Positions 7,777-18,209 are shown, counted from the first letter of the stretch. The stretch is 64,000 nucleotides of DNA from Minisyncoccia bacterium (GCA_038230075.1 JBBRNV010000005.1:14071-78070), one strand, 5' to 3'. Notes: generated by a model not told the origin, from the sequence alone. Translations and numbers: made by a program.

Positions 7777-10700
7777 CTAATTGGTAGGAACTGGAGTCTC
7801 AACAGGAGTAGTTTCCGGAGCTGGTTCTGTTGGCGCAGGTGGAGTTATTACAGGATCAGTTGGAAGTATCGAAGGAGTTGATGTTCCAGAATCTGTTGGA
7901 GTTACAGGATCTGAAGATGTTGCAGTAGATGTTCCTGTGCCTGTATCTCCACTTCCACCGCCACCATTACCTCCAGTTGGAGGAGTTGATGTTCCTGTTG
8001 TTAACCCATGACTTTCACAAGATCCTATTGTTGCAACAATAGCACCATCACTTACGGTCATACAGGTAAGATTTCCTGTTACTTTATCTCGCACGGTAAT
8101 TCCCTCTTCAACTGTTGCGTGTTTTGCAGTGAAGTTCTCAACTATCACATCTCGAAGTGCCCCCATTCCATTAACAACTGATGCCCCGAATGATTGAATA
8201 ATTCCAAAGACAGAGGTTGAGCCAGAACCAAGAGCTAGTGAACTTGTTCCTGACATATTATTTGAGAGCACAAATGAAAGATCGCTCGATGATGCCATGA
8301 ACTGATTCAACTTTTCATTGAGTGCTTGAATACCAACAAGAGCAACTCCGACAGGGTCAACTTGTGAAAGGTGTTTTGGATCATTATTTAAACCAAAGAA
8401 GTCATAAAACTGTTCAGCAATTGGGCCAATGTGTGTAGTACTTGCGTCTTGTGATTTATAATTCCATTTACTAATATCGAGTTCTGAAATTTTCAAGAGA
8501 ATATTTTGCTTATCTACAGGTGTGAAGTTTTCCTTAAGTGATCGTGAAGAACTAAAGTTTCCAAGACCTGTCGAGTCAACATATGCGAGCAATGTTCCAT
8601 CATCTGCTCTCCACTCAGAGAGATTGGCGCTTTGTCCTGTTGAACCGGTGATTGTTTGAGCAACAATATCATCTGAGATTTGAATATTGAGACGACTATC
8701 TGGTGTTGTAGTTCCGATTCCCAAATTTCCCGTCGCGCCGATTAAGCGCATTGATTCAGTATATGTACTTCCATCTCCTGTTGAGACATTTCCGAAACTG
8801 ATATATCCATTATCTGGTGAGAATTGTCTAAGTTCAAAAGGTTGGATTCCAAAACCATATCTACTATTTCCACCATCATCATACAAAAGAAGTTTTTGTG
8901 CATCGGTTCCAGATCCAAGTGAAAGGAGGGCTTGTGGTGTGCCAAAAATACCAAGACCTAAGTAACCATTCTCTGAAAGTATTGCCCCATTCCCAGTACC
9001 AGTTCCAGAATCTCGGCTAAAATAAAGATCTCCCGTTGTGCCGTTATTTCGAATACTCCATTGTCCAGCCTCTGCTCCACCTTGGTTGTTAACAGCAAGA
9101 CCAATATTTGAACCACTATCATTTCCAATAATTGACATGAAGTTCGTACCATTCAAATATGTTGTAATTTGACCTTCGACAAAAAGTCTATCTGAAGGTG
9201 TTGTTGTTCCAATTCCTACATTAACAGCATGTCCTCCTGTTCCTCCAAGAATCAGGGAGTTTGATTGCTGTACTTGAGCAAAATAACCGATTGCTGTTGC
9301 ATTAGACAACGAAGAAGAAGAAAAGATCGCACCATCTTGCTGACCAGCATATGAACCAATAAAGGTGTTTCCAACACTGTCTGTGACTGATCCTCCAGCA
9401 AGAACTCCAATTGAAACGTTTTCATTTCCTAAAATATTTGCTTCACCAGCTCTAAAACCTATCGCGCTGTTGTATGAACCTGAAGTGTTCTCGTGTCCAG
9501 ATCGCGAACCAACAAAGCTGTTTCCAAACCCATCAATATTTTGATTTCCCGCTTCAATACCAAAGAAGTTGTTTTCACTTCCTGTTGTGTTATTTATACC
9601 CGCTGCGAAACTAAAGAAGTTGTTATTTGACCCAGTTATGTTATGTGTTCCAGCTGCCGTTCCAAAAAAGTTGTTTCCCCCTCCTCCTGTGTTGTCATGA
9701 CCCGCCGCATTTCCAAAAAAGTTGTTATCGGTTCCTGTTGCATTATTTGCTCCTGCGGTGAACCCAAAGAAGTTGTTAAAATATCCAGAAGTATTACTTG
9801 TTCCTGCATTAAATCCAAAGAAGTTGTTTGAGTACCCGTCTATATTGCTTGATCCGGCACCTGGCCCGAAAAAGTTGTTTGATGAACCATCAACGTTACT
9901 TATACCAGCAGAGTCACCAAAGAAGTTGTTATTAGATCCGATTGTATTCGATCTTCCGGAATTCAAACCAAGAAAGTTATTGGATGAACCATTCAAGTTA
10001 TTTAATCCAGAGTTGAATCCGAAGAAGTTGTTATGCGATCCGTCGATATTATTCTGACCTGTTCCTGACCCCAAGAAGTTGTTTGACACACCATTGATAT
10101 TAGTAACACCAGCATTAAATCCGAAGAAGTTGTTATCTGTTCCATCCTGTGTATCTCGCCCCGCATTTTCACCTATGAAATTATTTGATCCTCCTGTTGT
10201 AATATTTAGTCCAGCTTGATAACCAACAAGAAAATTACTTGTTCCACTCATTGTTGTATTACCAGAATCTGCAAGTAATATACTACTTCCGACACGATCT
10301 AACGCTCGAAAATTTCGAATATAATAAGGCTGACTAGTGTTAACAATTCCATCGACTTCAAGTTTTTGACCGATGGTTGTTGTGCCGATTGAAACATTTC
10401 CTGCATTAAAATAAATATCACTTCCGCTGTTTACCCACTGTGATGATGAAGTTCCACCAGCAAATAACACGCCGTTTTGGTAGAGGTTTCCAGTGAAGTT
10501 GATGTCGCCTTGAACTGCGAGTGTGTGACTTGGTGTTGTTGTGCCGATTCCAAATTTTCCTCCACCAATAGGCGCTCCACTCTGTGTATCACTATTGTAG
10601 ATACCGGTAGCATATAAAACATTTCCAATGTTCAACTCTTGTTCTGCGTTATTTATAACTCCTCGTCCCAACGAAATTGAATTTGAAAAACCTCCTGTTC

Positions 10701-13700
10701 CTGCCCACTGACCAATCGCAATTGATGTTCCGTCTGATGAGTTATTAACCGTGTCGGCTGATCCTGCGTTTAATCCAATAAATATAGAGTTGTTTGCTTG
10801 CGCTGAAGAATCTCCAGCAGTATCTCCTAGAAAAAGCGAGTAAGAAGCACTTGTGGCATTATGTCCTGCGCCAATTCCAAGAAACGTAGATCGAAATACG
10901 TTCGTTGCACCCTCTCCTGTACCAAAACCAATAAAGTTAGAGAGTCCTGCGTCAGTTGCGCCCATTCCTGCTCCTGCGCCAATAAATATTGAACTACTAG
11001 CACGTGTTGCCAATTCTCCCGCAGCGCCTCCGATGAAAATCGAATTCACAGCGTCAGAAGCATGAAATCCGGAACTAGCTCCAATAAAAATAGCTTGGCT
11101 TGCATTTGTTGCTTCGTTTCCAGAACCATCCCCAAGAAAAAGCGAATAGTTTGCGTTGGCGACGTTTGTTCCAGCAGAGGCTCCGATTGCAAGACTATTT
11201 CCATTGATAGAATGGATTGGAAGCCCACTCAGATTAAGAGTGCTTGTCGCGTCTATCGTTCCAAGTGTCACATCTCCTTTGAAAAAGGCATTACCATTGT
11301 CTACTGTTAATTTGTAACCTGGAGTCGTCGTTCCAACTCCCACATTCCCTAAATTATAATAAATATCAGAACCTGTAGTTGTCCACTGTGATGTTCCTGT
11401 TCCTGAAGTGAAGAGGTTTCCATTTTGATAGAGGTTTCCAGTGAAGTTGATGTCGCCACCAACTGCTAGTGTGTATCCAGGGGTTGAAGTAGCAATACCA
11501 ATTCTTCCACCTGTTTCAGGTGCACCACTTGGGGTAATGTCTGCTCGAATGTTATTGGCAAACAGTACTCCTCCCAAGTTTAGTTCTCGAGATTGATTAT
11601 TGGCAGTTCCTTCTCCAATTGCAATACTGTCACTGAATCCTCCAGTTGATGTCCATGCTCCAATTAATATAGAAGATGACGCGAGATTTGTTGTGTTATC
11701 TACCGTGTCGGAGTATCCAGCATTACTACCAAGAAAGATTGAATTCGCAGCGTTGGTTGCTGCGGTTCCGACATTTGCTCCTACGAAAAACGAATCGTGT
11801 GCGTTTGTCGCATCGAGTCCGGCAGAGTATCCAAAGAAATGAGAATTTCTTGCCTGATTTGCATTTCTTCCTGCCTCCTGTCCAAAAAAGTTTGAGCCGT
11901 ATGCAGTGGTTGCATCACGCCCCGCATTGATTCCGAAGAAATTGGAATCATTTGCGTTGAAAGCTCCTCTTCCTGCGTTTGATCCAAAGAAATTGGAATT
12001 ATTTGCGTCATTTGCGTCACGCCCAGCAGACAAACCAAGAAAGTTTGATTCATTAAGATTTGCATCATTTAATCCTGCAAATGAGCCAATAAGTATATTA
12101 TTACTTCCATCTGTTAATGACGTTCCCCCACCCGCAGCAAGAAAGTTATTAGTACCTGTAATTGAAGTGTTTCCCGATACTCCAAGAAACAAATTTCTAG
12201 TCGTGGATGAAAATGCTAACGCTTGAAGATTTTCTATTTTTAATATTCCACCATTTGAAATATTGATGTCACCAACAACACTAAGTTTTGATGCGGGGGT
12301 TGTTGTTCCAACTCCCACATTCCCTAAATTATAATAAATATCAGAACCTGTAGTTGTCCACTGTGATGTTCCTGTTCCTGAAGTGAAGAGGTTTCCATTT
12401 TGATAGAGGTTTCCAGTGAAGTTGATGTTACCTTGAACTGCGAGTGTGTGACTTGGTGTTGTTGTGCCGATTCCGAGGTTTCCATTTGAAAGCATTTGGA
12501 TATATGCAGTATTTGAAAGACCGAGTTTAAAAATATTATCCTGAACAGTTGTTAAGCCATCACCTATCAGATATGAGTTTGTTGCTGTTGCAGCGTTAGC
12601 TTTTCCTAAAGCAAAGCTTCCGTTCGGAACATTGTTGTTGTATCCAAAGGCATATGTAGTAGAACCTGTTACCATATTCAGGAAACCAAAAGCTCCAGAA
12701 TAAGATCCGTTATTTATGGTGTTACTTCCACCAAAAATCGCAGACTCTGTACTAGTACTTATTCCATTTTCACTACCATATACACTTGCGTGATCAAATG
12801 AGTTTATAACCTTGTTTCCTATTCCAAAAGCAACACCTCGAATACCAGAAACTGTATTTGAAGTTCCGTAGGCAAGATTCTCACCTGGAGTAATAGCATC
12901 AACAGGAAAGATTCCATTTGAAATTGTATTTGAAGCTCCGTAGGCTTGGTTATTTCTTCCTTCAATTGTGTTGAATTTACCAAAAGCAACAACACCCCCT
13001 CCGGCTCCTGACGTTACATTCGATCGACCAATTATTATCGCGACACCTGAGTCTACAATGTTTGATGATCCAAAAATATTTGCACCTGATCCGGATCCTG
13101 AATTATCATTTCCCACAACTGATCCACCACTTGAATTCACAACAGAGATATCTCCTGCAACTGTAAGTGCCAAATTTGGAGTTGTTGTTCCTATTCCAAC
13201 ATTTCCTAAATTGTAATAAATATTTGAACCATTATTTAACCACTGAGATGATGTCGTTACTCCTCCAAATAAAATTCCGTTTTGGTAGAGGTTTCCAGTG
13301 AAGTTAATGTCGCCATCTACTCCTAATTTATAACTAGAAGTTGTTGTTCCAACCCCAAGGTTTCCTGTACTACTCGCAAGAGAAAGATAAGAACCGCTCG
13401 ATAAACCAATTAAGAAGGAGTCATTAACATTGTTAATGAGATTGTTTCCGAGAGTGTAAGAACCTGTACTGTTCACCGAGTTTGCAAGCCCAGCAACAAA
13501 ACTATTTGTTCCTGTTGCTCTGTTATTGCTTCCAAAAACTGAGACTTCGGAACCCGTAATAACGTTTGAGAAACCAAACGCATTTGATTCAAATGTTGTT
13601 CCTGACAAAATATTAAACACGCCGAAAGCTGAAGATGTATTTGATGTTCCAGAAATTCCGTTTTGAATTCCAACTGCAACCGAACGATCATCAGCAACAA

Positions 13701-14607
13701 CACTGTTTCCATACCCAAGCGCAGTTGCTCCTCCTGAACTGTTACTTTGAACAGCATTACTTCGTCCAATTGCCGTAGACCTTCCACCGAGTGATGAGTT
13801 ATTGAAACCAACAGCAACAGGTTTAAATCCTGATCCTTGATCGTCAGCGGTGTTGGTAAATCCAAGAGCAACACCATTAATTGCACTGACTCCTGACCCA
13901 ACCGCCACTCCTGATGAACTGTTAATAACATTAATATTTCCAACAATGTTTAGTCGTTCAACTACTGATGTTGTTCCAAACCCCACATTTCCATTAAGAA
14001 AATTAAGATTACTTCCAATATTTAATATCCCACCCGACCCATCGAGGTCTCCAATATGAACCGACCAATCTCCTGTGTTTAAATCAGTTCCTGTTTGATC
14101 AAAAAAACGAGCACCTGAAAAATCTCGAAGAATCAATGTTGAGGTTGATACACTATAAGGAGTTACGTCCAATGCGGCATGTGGAGAAGCAGTTCCTATA
14201 CCAAGTCGTGTAGTTACCGAATCAAATACAAAGTTAGCATTCGCACCGAACACTCCCCCATTGTTAAATTGAATCTGAGTATTTGATCCAGCAGGAGAAG
14301 TAGAACCACTTGAGCTTGCGGTACCGAGGGTTACCCAATTCGAGTTTGTAATTCCTCCTTGTAACTGATAATTAGTTGTATTTGCAACAACATACACACT
14401 CAGGCCTTGAAATCGTTGACCTGATGGAATGGCATCTCGTGCAGTGAGGTCTTGAACTACTGTTCGTGCATCGAGCGGCAATTGAGAATTTAACTGAAAG
14501 TTCGATCCAAGTTGAATACTTGCGAGCGCGTAACTTGCAACGAATACAATGGCAACAATAATACCAGTGAGAGATGATTTAAATATTTTTTTAAAAAATC
14601 TTTTCAT
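7777..14607 (-). CDS. Giant (2276 aa) secreted/cell-surface protein with tail-fibre-like repeat modules and an endosialidase-type C-terminal intramolecular chaperone (peptidase S74-like) domain
   Basis: N-terminal signal/TM (MKRFFKKIFKSSLTGIIVAIVFVASYALAS). Many LGIGTTTP...GDINFTGNLYQNG modules and (S/G)NNFFG repeats. A block ~175 aa from the C-terminus (SRSLKENFTPVDKQNILLKISELDISKWNYKSQDASTTHIGPIAEQFYDFFG...GVALVGIQALNEKLNQ) matches the phage tail-spike autoproteolytic chaperone domain. Thr/Pro/Gly-rich tail follows. Confidence 0.85.
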   Translation of the reverse strand: MKRFFKKIFKSSLTGIIVAIVFVASYALASIQLGSNFQLNSQLPLDARTVVQDLTARDAIPSGQRFQGLSVYVVANTTNYQLQGGITNSNWVTLGTASSSGSTSPAGSNTQIQFNNGGVFGANANFVFDSVTTRLGIGTASPHAALDVTPYSVSTSTLILRDFSGARFFDQTGTDLNTGDWSVHIGDLDGSGGILNIGSNLNFLNGNVGFGTTSVVERLNIVGNINVINSSSGVAVGSGVSAINGVALGFTNTADDQGSGFKPVAVGFNNSSLGGRSTAIGRSNAVQSNSSGGATALGYGNSVVADDRSVAVGIQNGISGTSNTSSAFGVFNILSGTTFESNAFGFSNVITGSEVSVFGSNNRATGTNSFVAGLANSVNSTGSYTLGNNLINNVNDSFLIGLSSGSYLSLASSTGNLGVGTTTSSYKLGVDGDINFTGNLYQNGILFGGVTTSSQWLNNGSNIYYNLGNVGIGTTTPNLALTVAGDISVVNSSGGSVVGNDNSGSGSGANIFGSSNIVDSGVAIIIGRSNVTSGAGGGVVAFGKFNTIEGRNNQAYGASNTISNGIFPVDAITPGENLAYGTSNTVSGIRGVAFGIGNKVINSFDHASVYGSENGISTSTESAIFGGSNTINNGSYSGAFGFLNMVTGSTTYAFGYNNNVPNGSFALGKANAATATNSYLIGDGLTTVQDNIFKLGLSNTAYIQMLSNGNLGIGTTTPSHTLAVQGNINFTGNLYQNGNLFTSGTGTSQWTTTGSDIYYNLGNVGVGTTTPASKLSVVGDINISNGGILKIENLQALAFSSTTRNLFLGVSGNTSITGTNNFLAAGGGTSLTDGSNNILIGSFAGLNDANLNESNFLGLSAGRDANDANNSNFFGSNAGRGAFNANDSNFFGINAGRDATTAYGSNFFGQEAGRNANQARNSHFFGYSAGLDATNAHDSFFVGANVGTAATNAANSIFLGSNAGYSDTVDNTTNLASSSILIGAWTSTGGFSDSIAIGEGTANNQSRELNLGGVLFANNIRADITPSGAPETGGRIGIATSTPGYTLAVGGDINFTGNLYQNGNLFTSGTGTSQWTTTGSDIYYNLGNVGVGTTTPGYKLTVDNGNAFFKGDVTLGTIDATSTLNLSGLPIHSINGNSLAIGASAGTNVANANYSLFLGDGSGNEATNASQAIFIGASSGFHASDAVNSIFIGGAAGELATRASSSIFIGAGAGMGATDAGLSNFIGFGTGEGATNVFRSTFLGIGAGHNATSASYSLFLGDTAGDSSAQANNSIFIGLNAGSADTVNNSSDGTSIAIGQWAGTGGFSNSISLGRGVINNAEQELNIGNVLYATGIYNSDTQSGAPIGGGKFGIGTTTPSHTLAVQGDINFTGNLYQNGVLFAGGTSSSQWVNSGSDIYFNAGNVSIGTTTIGQKLEVDGIVNTSQPYYIRNFRALDRVGSSILLADSGNTTMSGTSNFLVGYQAGLNITTGGSNNFIGENAGRDTQDGTDNNFFGFNAGVTNINGVSNNFLGSGTGQNNIDGSHNNFFGFNSGLNNLNGSSNNFLGLNSGRSNTIGSNNNFFGDSAGISNVDGSSNNFFGPGAGSSNIDGYSNNFFGFNAGTSNTSGYFNNFFGFTAGANNATGTDNNFFGNAAGHDNTGGGGNNFFGTAAGTHNITGSNNNFFSFAAGINNTTGSENNFFGIEAGNQNIDGFGNSFVGSRSGHENTSGSYNSAIGFRAGEANILGNENVSIGVLAGGSVTDSVGNTFIGSYAGQQDGAIFSSSSLSNATAIGYFAQVQQSNSLILGGTGGHAVNVGIGTTTPSDRLFVEGQITTYLNGTNFMSIIGNDSGSNIGLAVNNQGGAEAGQWSIRNNGTTGDLYFSRDSGTGTGNGAILSENGYLGLGIFGTPQALLSLGSGTDAQKLLLYDDGGNSRYGFGIQPFELRQFSPDNGYISFGNVSTGDGSTYTESMRLIGATGNLGIGTTTPDSRLNIQISDDIVAQTITGSTGQSANLSEWRADDGTLLAYVDSTGLGNFSSSRSLKENFTPVDKQNILLKISELDISKWNYKSQDASTTHIGPIAEQFYDFFGLNNDPKHLSQVDPVGVALVGIQALNEKLNQFMASSSDLSFVLSNNMSGTSSLALGSGSTSVFGIIQSFGASVVNGMGALRDVIVENFTAKHATVEEGITVRDKVTGNLTCMTVSDGAIVATIGSCESHGLTTGTSTPPTGGNGGGGSGDTGTGTSTATSSDPVTPTDSGTSTPSILPTDPVITPPAPTEPAPETTPVETPVPTN

Positions 14608-14608
14608 A

Positions 14609-15040
14609 TTACTTATACACCACCTTATAATCTACTAATGTCGTTACATTATTATACTCGTATATTCGATATGGAACCTTAACTCCTTCTGAATTTGGAA
14701 GTAACTCATTGTCTCTCACGGTAAAATCGGACGTTAGATCGAAACCATTTGAATCTTTAATGGTGGTGAGTGCTGCAATAGTTTCTGGATATGCGAAATA
14801 CCACACCTGATTAACAGGAGAAATTGTTAACGTGTAAGGAATAATGTTTTCTCCAGGAAATTTTGGAGATGTAGTTGCAAGCTCTGCTATGTGCTCTGCA
14901 GACAAAGCTTTTTCACCTACTCCAAAATAATAAACATCAGCCATTTTACTAGATTTGTTTGCTTGTATAGCAATAACAACAACTGCAACAAAAACAATTG
15001 CAAGTATGATGAAAAGAATTTTTGTTGAAGTCTTTTTCAT
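14609..15040 (-). CDS. Small membrane-anchored protein sharing a C-terminal domain with the upstream tail-fibre-like protein
   Basis: N-terminal TM helix; C-terminus (VWYFAYPETIAALTTIKDSNGFDLTSDFTVRDNELL...YRIYEYNNVTT) is paralogous to the C-terminus of 15043..16521. The stop lies 1 nt before the giant gene start. Confidence 0.55.
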   Translation of the reverse strand: MKKTSTKILFIILAIVFVAVVVIAIQANKSSKMADVYYFGVGEKALSAEHIAELATTSPKFPGENIIPYTLTISPVNQVWYFAYPETIAALTTIKDSNGFDLTSDFTVRDNELLPNSEGVKVPYRIYEYNNVTTLVDYKVVYK

Positions 15041-15042
15041 AA

Positions 15043-16521
15043 TCAGAATTTAAAGGTATTAGTGAAATTCACTTGAGTAGTTACATTTTTATACTCATAC
15101 ACTTTGTACGTTTGCGGTGTTCCATCGAGCCCAGTAATGGTAACTGTTCGAAGGGTGTAGTCCGAAAATGTTTCAAATCCGTTTGTATCGAGAATTGAAG
15201 TAAGTGCCGGAGATGTGTCTGGATACGCAAGATAAAATACTTGTGAAGTTGGTGAGGTTACCGTGACTGTGTTTGATGGAGTTTTAATTAATGAAGTCAA
15301 CGTACTTCGAATTTGAGCACCAGTAAGACCTTGTGCCCCTACGCCGTAGTAAAATGGATACACAAATGTGTAACCAATGGTGTTTGAAGTAATAGTTTGT
15401 GTTCCGTCGCCTGCTCGAGCGGTGAAAGTAACTCCGTTTGTAGTTACTGGTGTTGTATCAACATATGTTTCGGTTCCACCATTCGCAAATGGAGATGCTT
15501 GCGTATGAATCAATACCCCATTTCTGTAGAAATCGACAAGTGTAATATTGTTAGTATGTTTTGTGGTATTTCCATTCAACGTTGTTGTTGTAACAGTATT
15601 TCCAAATTCTCGAATAGTACCCGTTGTTGGATTTGCAGAAAGTGAAATTGAAGGTGCTATGTATGGGTATAGCAAACTATCAAACATATTTTGCAATGTC
15701 TGAGCGGTAAATGTTGATCCTGATTGAATTCCTCCAAGTGTTATTGGGGTTGGGTTTGCATTTGTGTATGAACTTCCACCAAGCGCAGTCCACCCGACAC
15801 CGTCGTACAAGTTTAAAGCTTTGTCTGTGGTGTTAAAAACCATAAGTCCAGCTGCCGGAGAAACAATTGCATCTCGTTCAGCTGTTGTCATTCGTGGAGG
15901 AAGAAAACCTTTCGTTGTTGAAGTAAGATCGAGAATTGAAGTTGTGTCTGGGGTGTTTGTTCCTAAACCAAGAGCATGATTTACAGAATCATAAAAGAAG
16001 TTTGCATTATCTTCTGTTAAACCGGCACTTCCCATGAAAGCAACTGAACCTAAAGCAAATGCAGGGTTAAAAATTCCACTAGTCGATGTTCCTTGTGTTC
16101 GATTTTCAAGTGCAATAACTCGAAGGTCAAGCGCGTGTAAGCCTTGCCCTACTGAATCAGCAAGACCTGTTGGAATTCCAATCGGATTATTATCAACAAT
16201 ATAACTACCCCCAGTTGAGTAGTTATTTGTTACATGAGAGGGTGGAAGTGTTGCGATGTATTTCGCTATCTGAGCATTAATGATGGCAATAATGTCATTT
16301 CGTGAAAGACCACTGTTTACTTGTCTAACAATTGTTTGTGTTGGAACGATAACAGTCTTTGTTTGCACTGTCTGAGCATGAGGAGTTTGTGGTTCAATCT
16401 TAATAGTTGGAAGTGTTTTTTTCTTTACGATATAGATTGTATTTTGCGCAAACACAACTCCGCCCCAGACCACTGAGAATACAAAAAGAGAACAAATCGT
16501 AAGAATAAAAGCACGCTTCAT
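15043..16521 (-). CDS. Secreted tail-fibre-like protein
   Basis: Signal peptide; motif GFLPPRMTTAERDAIVSPAAGLMVFNTTDKALNLYDGVGWTAL recurs in phage tail-fibre-like and surface proteins; forms an operon with 14609..15040 and 7777..14607. Confidence 0.65.
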   Translation of the reverse strand: MKRAFILTICSLFVFSVVWGGVVFAQNTIYIVKKKTLPTIKIEPQTPHAQTVQTKTVIVPTQTIVRQVNSGLSRNDIIAIINAQIAKYIATLPPSHVTNNYSTGGSYIVDNNPIGIPTGLADSVGQGLHALDLRVIALENRTQGTSTSGIFNPAFALGSVAFMGSAGLTEDNANFFYDSVNHALGLGTNTPDTTSILDLTSTTKGFLPPRMTTAERDAIVSPAAGLMVFNTTDKALNLYDGVGWTALGGSSYTNANPTPITLGGIQSGSTFTAQTLQNMFDSLLYPYIAPSISLSANPTTGTIREFGNTVTTTTLNGNTTKHTNNITLVDFYRNGVLIHTQASPFANGGTETYVDTTPVTTNGVTFTARAGDGTQTITSNTIGYTFVYPFYYGVGAQGLTGAQIRSTLTSLIKTPSNTVTVTSPTSQVFYLAYPDTSPALTSILDTNGFETFSDYTLRTVTITGLDGTPQTYKVYEYKNVTTQVNFTNTFKF

Positions 16522-16539
16522 TACCTAACTATTTTAACA

Positions 16540-17322
16540 TTATTTGATTTCAAAAAGAATAGTAACGTTCGAAGTAATTTTCTGACTGCCATTTTCAATT
16601 GGAACTGGGGCACCCGCTTCAGATTTCATCGCCATTGGAGCATAAGAATCCATTGCATATGGCATCACAGGATTTGATCCGTCTTCGTTAAAACTAATAA
16701 TTCTTCCTAAATGAAGTCCTGCAGCTTTTGCAATTGACTCCGCTTGTGCTTTTGCATCAGCAATTGCCAATTCTCGAGCCTGAGCTCTGAATGCCTCGGG
16801 CTTATCAACAACAATTGAAAGGCTACTGATGTTTGAAACTCCTTTATCACCAACAAGAGCCACAATTGAGCCGGCATCATCGAGTTTTCGAACTTTCACC
16901 GTAACTGTTTCTGACGCTTCATATCCTGAAATTACAGAATTTGTTCCACATGATCCACCGTATGAACAAGGTGCATTCTGATATTCGTATGTAGGATTCA
17001 AGCTATAATTTTCTGTCTTGATATCTTCTTTTGCTACACCAGCCGCTTTAACTGCATCGATGGTGGGATTTGCTTTAGCAACCATTGCGGCCTGAGCGTC
17101 TTCGCCTTTCTTAGCTTTTTCAGTAATAGTAAAACTGAACGTTGCAACGTCTGGAATAGTAACCACCTCTCCTTTTCCTGTTACAGGAAGTGAATAAGGA
17201 CTCACCGTAAATCGCGCCTGACTAAGTGATAATGATGTTTGGGCTAGTAAATACAGAACGAGGGCACCTAAGGTGACATAAATAACCCATCGATTTGTTT
17301 TTGATTGTAAAAATTGTTCCAT
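16540..17322 (-). CDS. SIMPL/DUF541-family (YggE-like) periplasmic protein
   Basis: N-terminal TM; ISLEVTVKV-like beta-rich body (ETVTVKVRKLDDAGSIVAL) and overall YggE-like layout. Tentative. Confidence 0.5.
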   Translation of the reverse strand: MEQFLQSKTNRWVIYVTLGALVLYLLAQTSLSLSQARFTVSPYSLPVTGKGEVVTIPDVATFSFTITEKAKKGEDAQAAMVAKANPTIDAVKAAGVAKEDIKTENYSLNPTYEYQNAPCSYGGSCGTNSVISGYEASETVTVKVRKLDDAGSIVALVGDKGVSNISSLSIVVDKPEAFRAQARELAIADAKAQAESIAKAAGLHLGRIISFNEDGSNPVMPYAMDSYAPMAMKSEAGAPVPIENGSQKITSNVTILFEIK

Positions 17323-17369
17323 GAGTAAATTATACCACGGAAGGATGCCGTTAAAGGTTGTAGAAAACT

Positions 17370-18209
17370 CTAAAAAGTTGCCTTATATGCATCGAGTACA
17401 TTTTGGAAAAGAGACACAATTGTTAACTGTCCAACACCTCCAGGAACTGGAGAAATAGCCTTAACTAAGGGTTCTATTGCCACAAAATCGACATCTCCGT
17501 ACAAACCTTCTTCTTCTCTGTTGATTCCAATATCAAATATTACCTGTTGTTCATTTACAAAGTCTTTTGTAATAAAATGTTTTTTTCCAATAGCAACCAT
17601 GAGCATATCTGCAGACTGACAGAGACGAGGTAAATTTTCAGTGTGCGAGTGAGCGATGGTTACTGTTGCATTTTGATTGAGTAGTGCAAGCGCGAGTGGT
17701 TTTCCAACAATTAATGATCTTCCAATAACGACAATATGTTTTCCTTTAAAAGGAAGTTGATATTCCTGTGCCATTGTAATAATTCCCCTCACTGTCGCAG
17801 GAAGAAAACCTTTCTGACCAGAGTACAACTTTTTTACATTCGAAGCAGTTAATCCGTCTACATCTTTTTCTGCAACAATTGCATCAATGACAGAATGTTC
17901 ATCAACATGTTCAGGAAGCGGAAGTTGTACTAAAATTCCATGAACAGACTCATCAACATTATACTGTCTTACAAGTGCAACAACCTCTTCTGTTGTTACA
18001 TCTTCTCTCATCAAATTGTGTACAACACTCATTCCAATAGTTTCTGCAAATTGCTTTTTGTGCTGAATATACGTTGTTGAAGCTTGGTTGTTTCCAACTT
18101 GAATAATAGCCACCGCTGGAGTCTTTTTTCCAACAACAACAGCTTCGGTTACCTGTTGTATAAGGATAGATCGATATTTTTCTTTAACAGTTCGTCCATT
18201 TAAAATCAT
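17370..18209 (-). CDS. folD: Bifunctional methylenetetrahydrofolate dehydrogenase/cyclohydrolase
   Basis: AIIQVGNNQASTTYIQHKKQ, HGILVQLPLP, DVDGLTASNVKKL, VVIGRSLIVGKPLALALL - canonical FolD motifs. Confidence 0.95.
   Translation of the reverse strand: MILNGRTVKEKYRSILIQQVTEAVVVGKKTPAVAIIQVGNNQASTTYIQHKKQFAETIGMSVVHNLMREDVTTEEVVALVRQYNVDESVHGILVQLPLPEHVDEHSVIDAIVAEKDVDGLTASNVKKLYSGQKGFLPATVRGIITMAQEYQLPFKGKHIVVIGRSLIVGKPLALALLNQNATVTIAHSHTENLPRLCQSADMLMVAIGKKHFITKDFVNEQQVIFDIGINREEEGLYGDVDFVAIEPLVKAISPVPGGVGQLTIVSLFQNVLDAYKATF

Noticed and set aside
9722-10057. Plus-strand ORF encoding repeated …NPKKLL… peptides, and other internal ORFs (e.g. 13473..13946, 11600..12226) within 7777-14607
   Set aside because: They are antisense or out-of-frame readings of the repetitive NNFFG-encoding DNA of the giant gene; periodicity comes from the coding repeats, not independent genes.
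7777-14607. Possible CRISPR array suggested by regularly spaced DNA repeats
   Set aside because: Repeats are long (45-130 bp), imperfectly spaced, and lie entirely in-frame within a protein-coding gene; no short direct repeat and spacer periodicity and no cas genes in the window.
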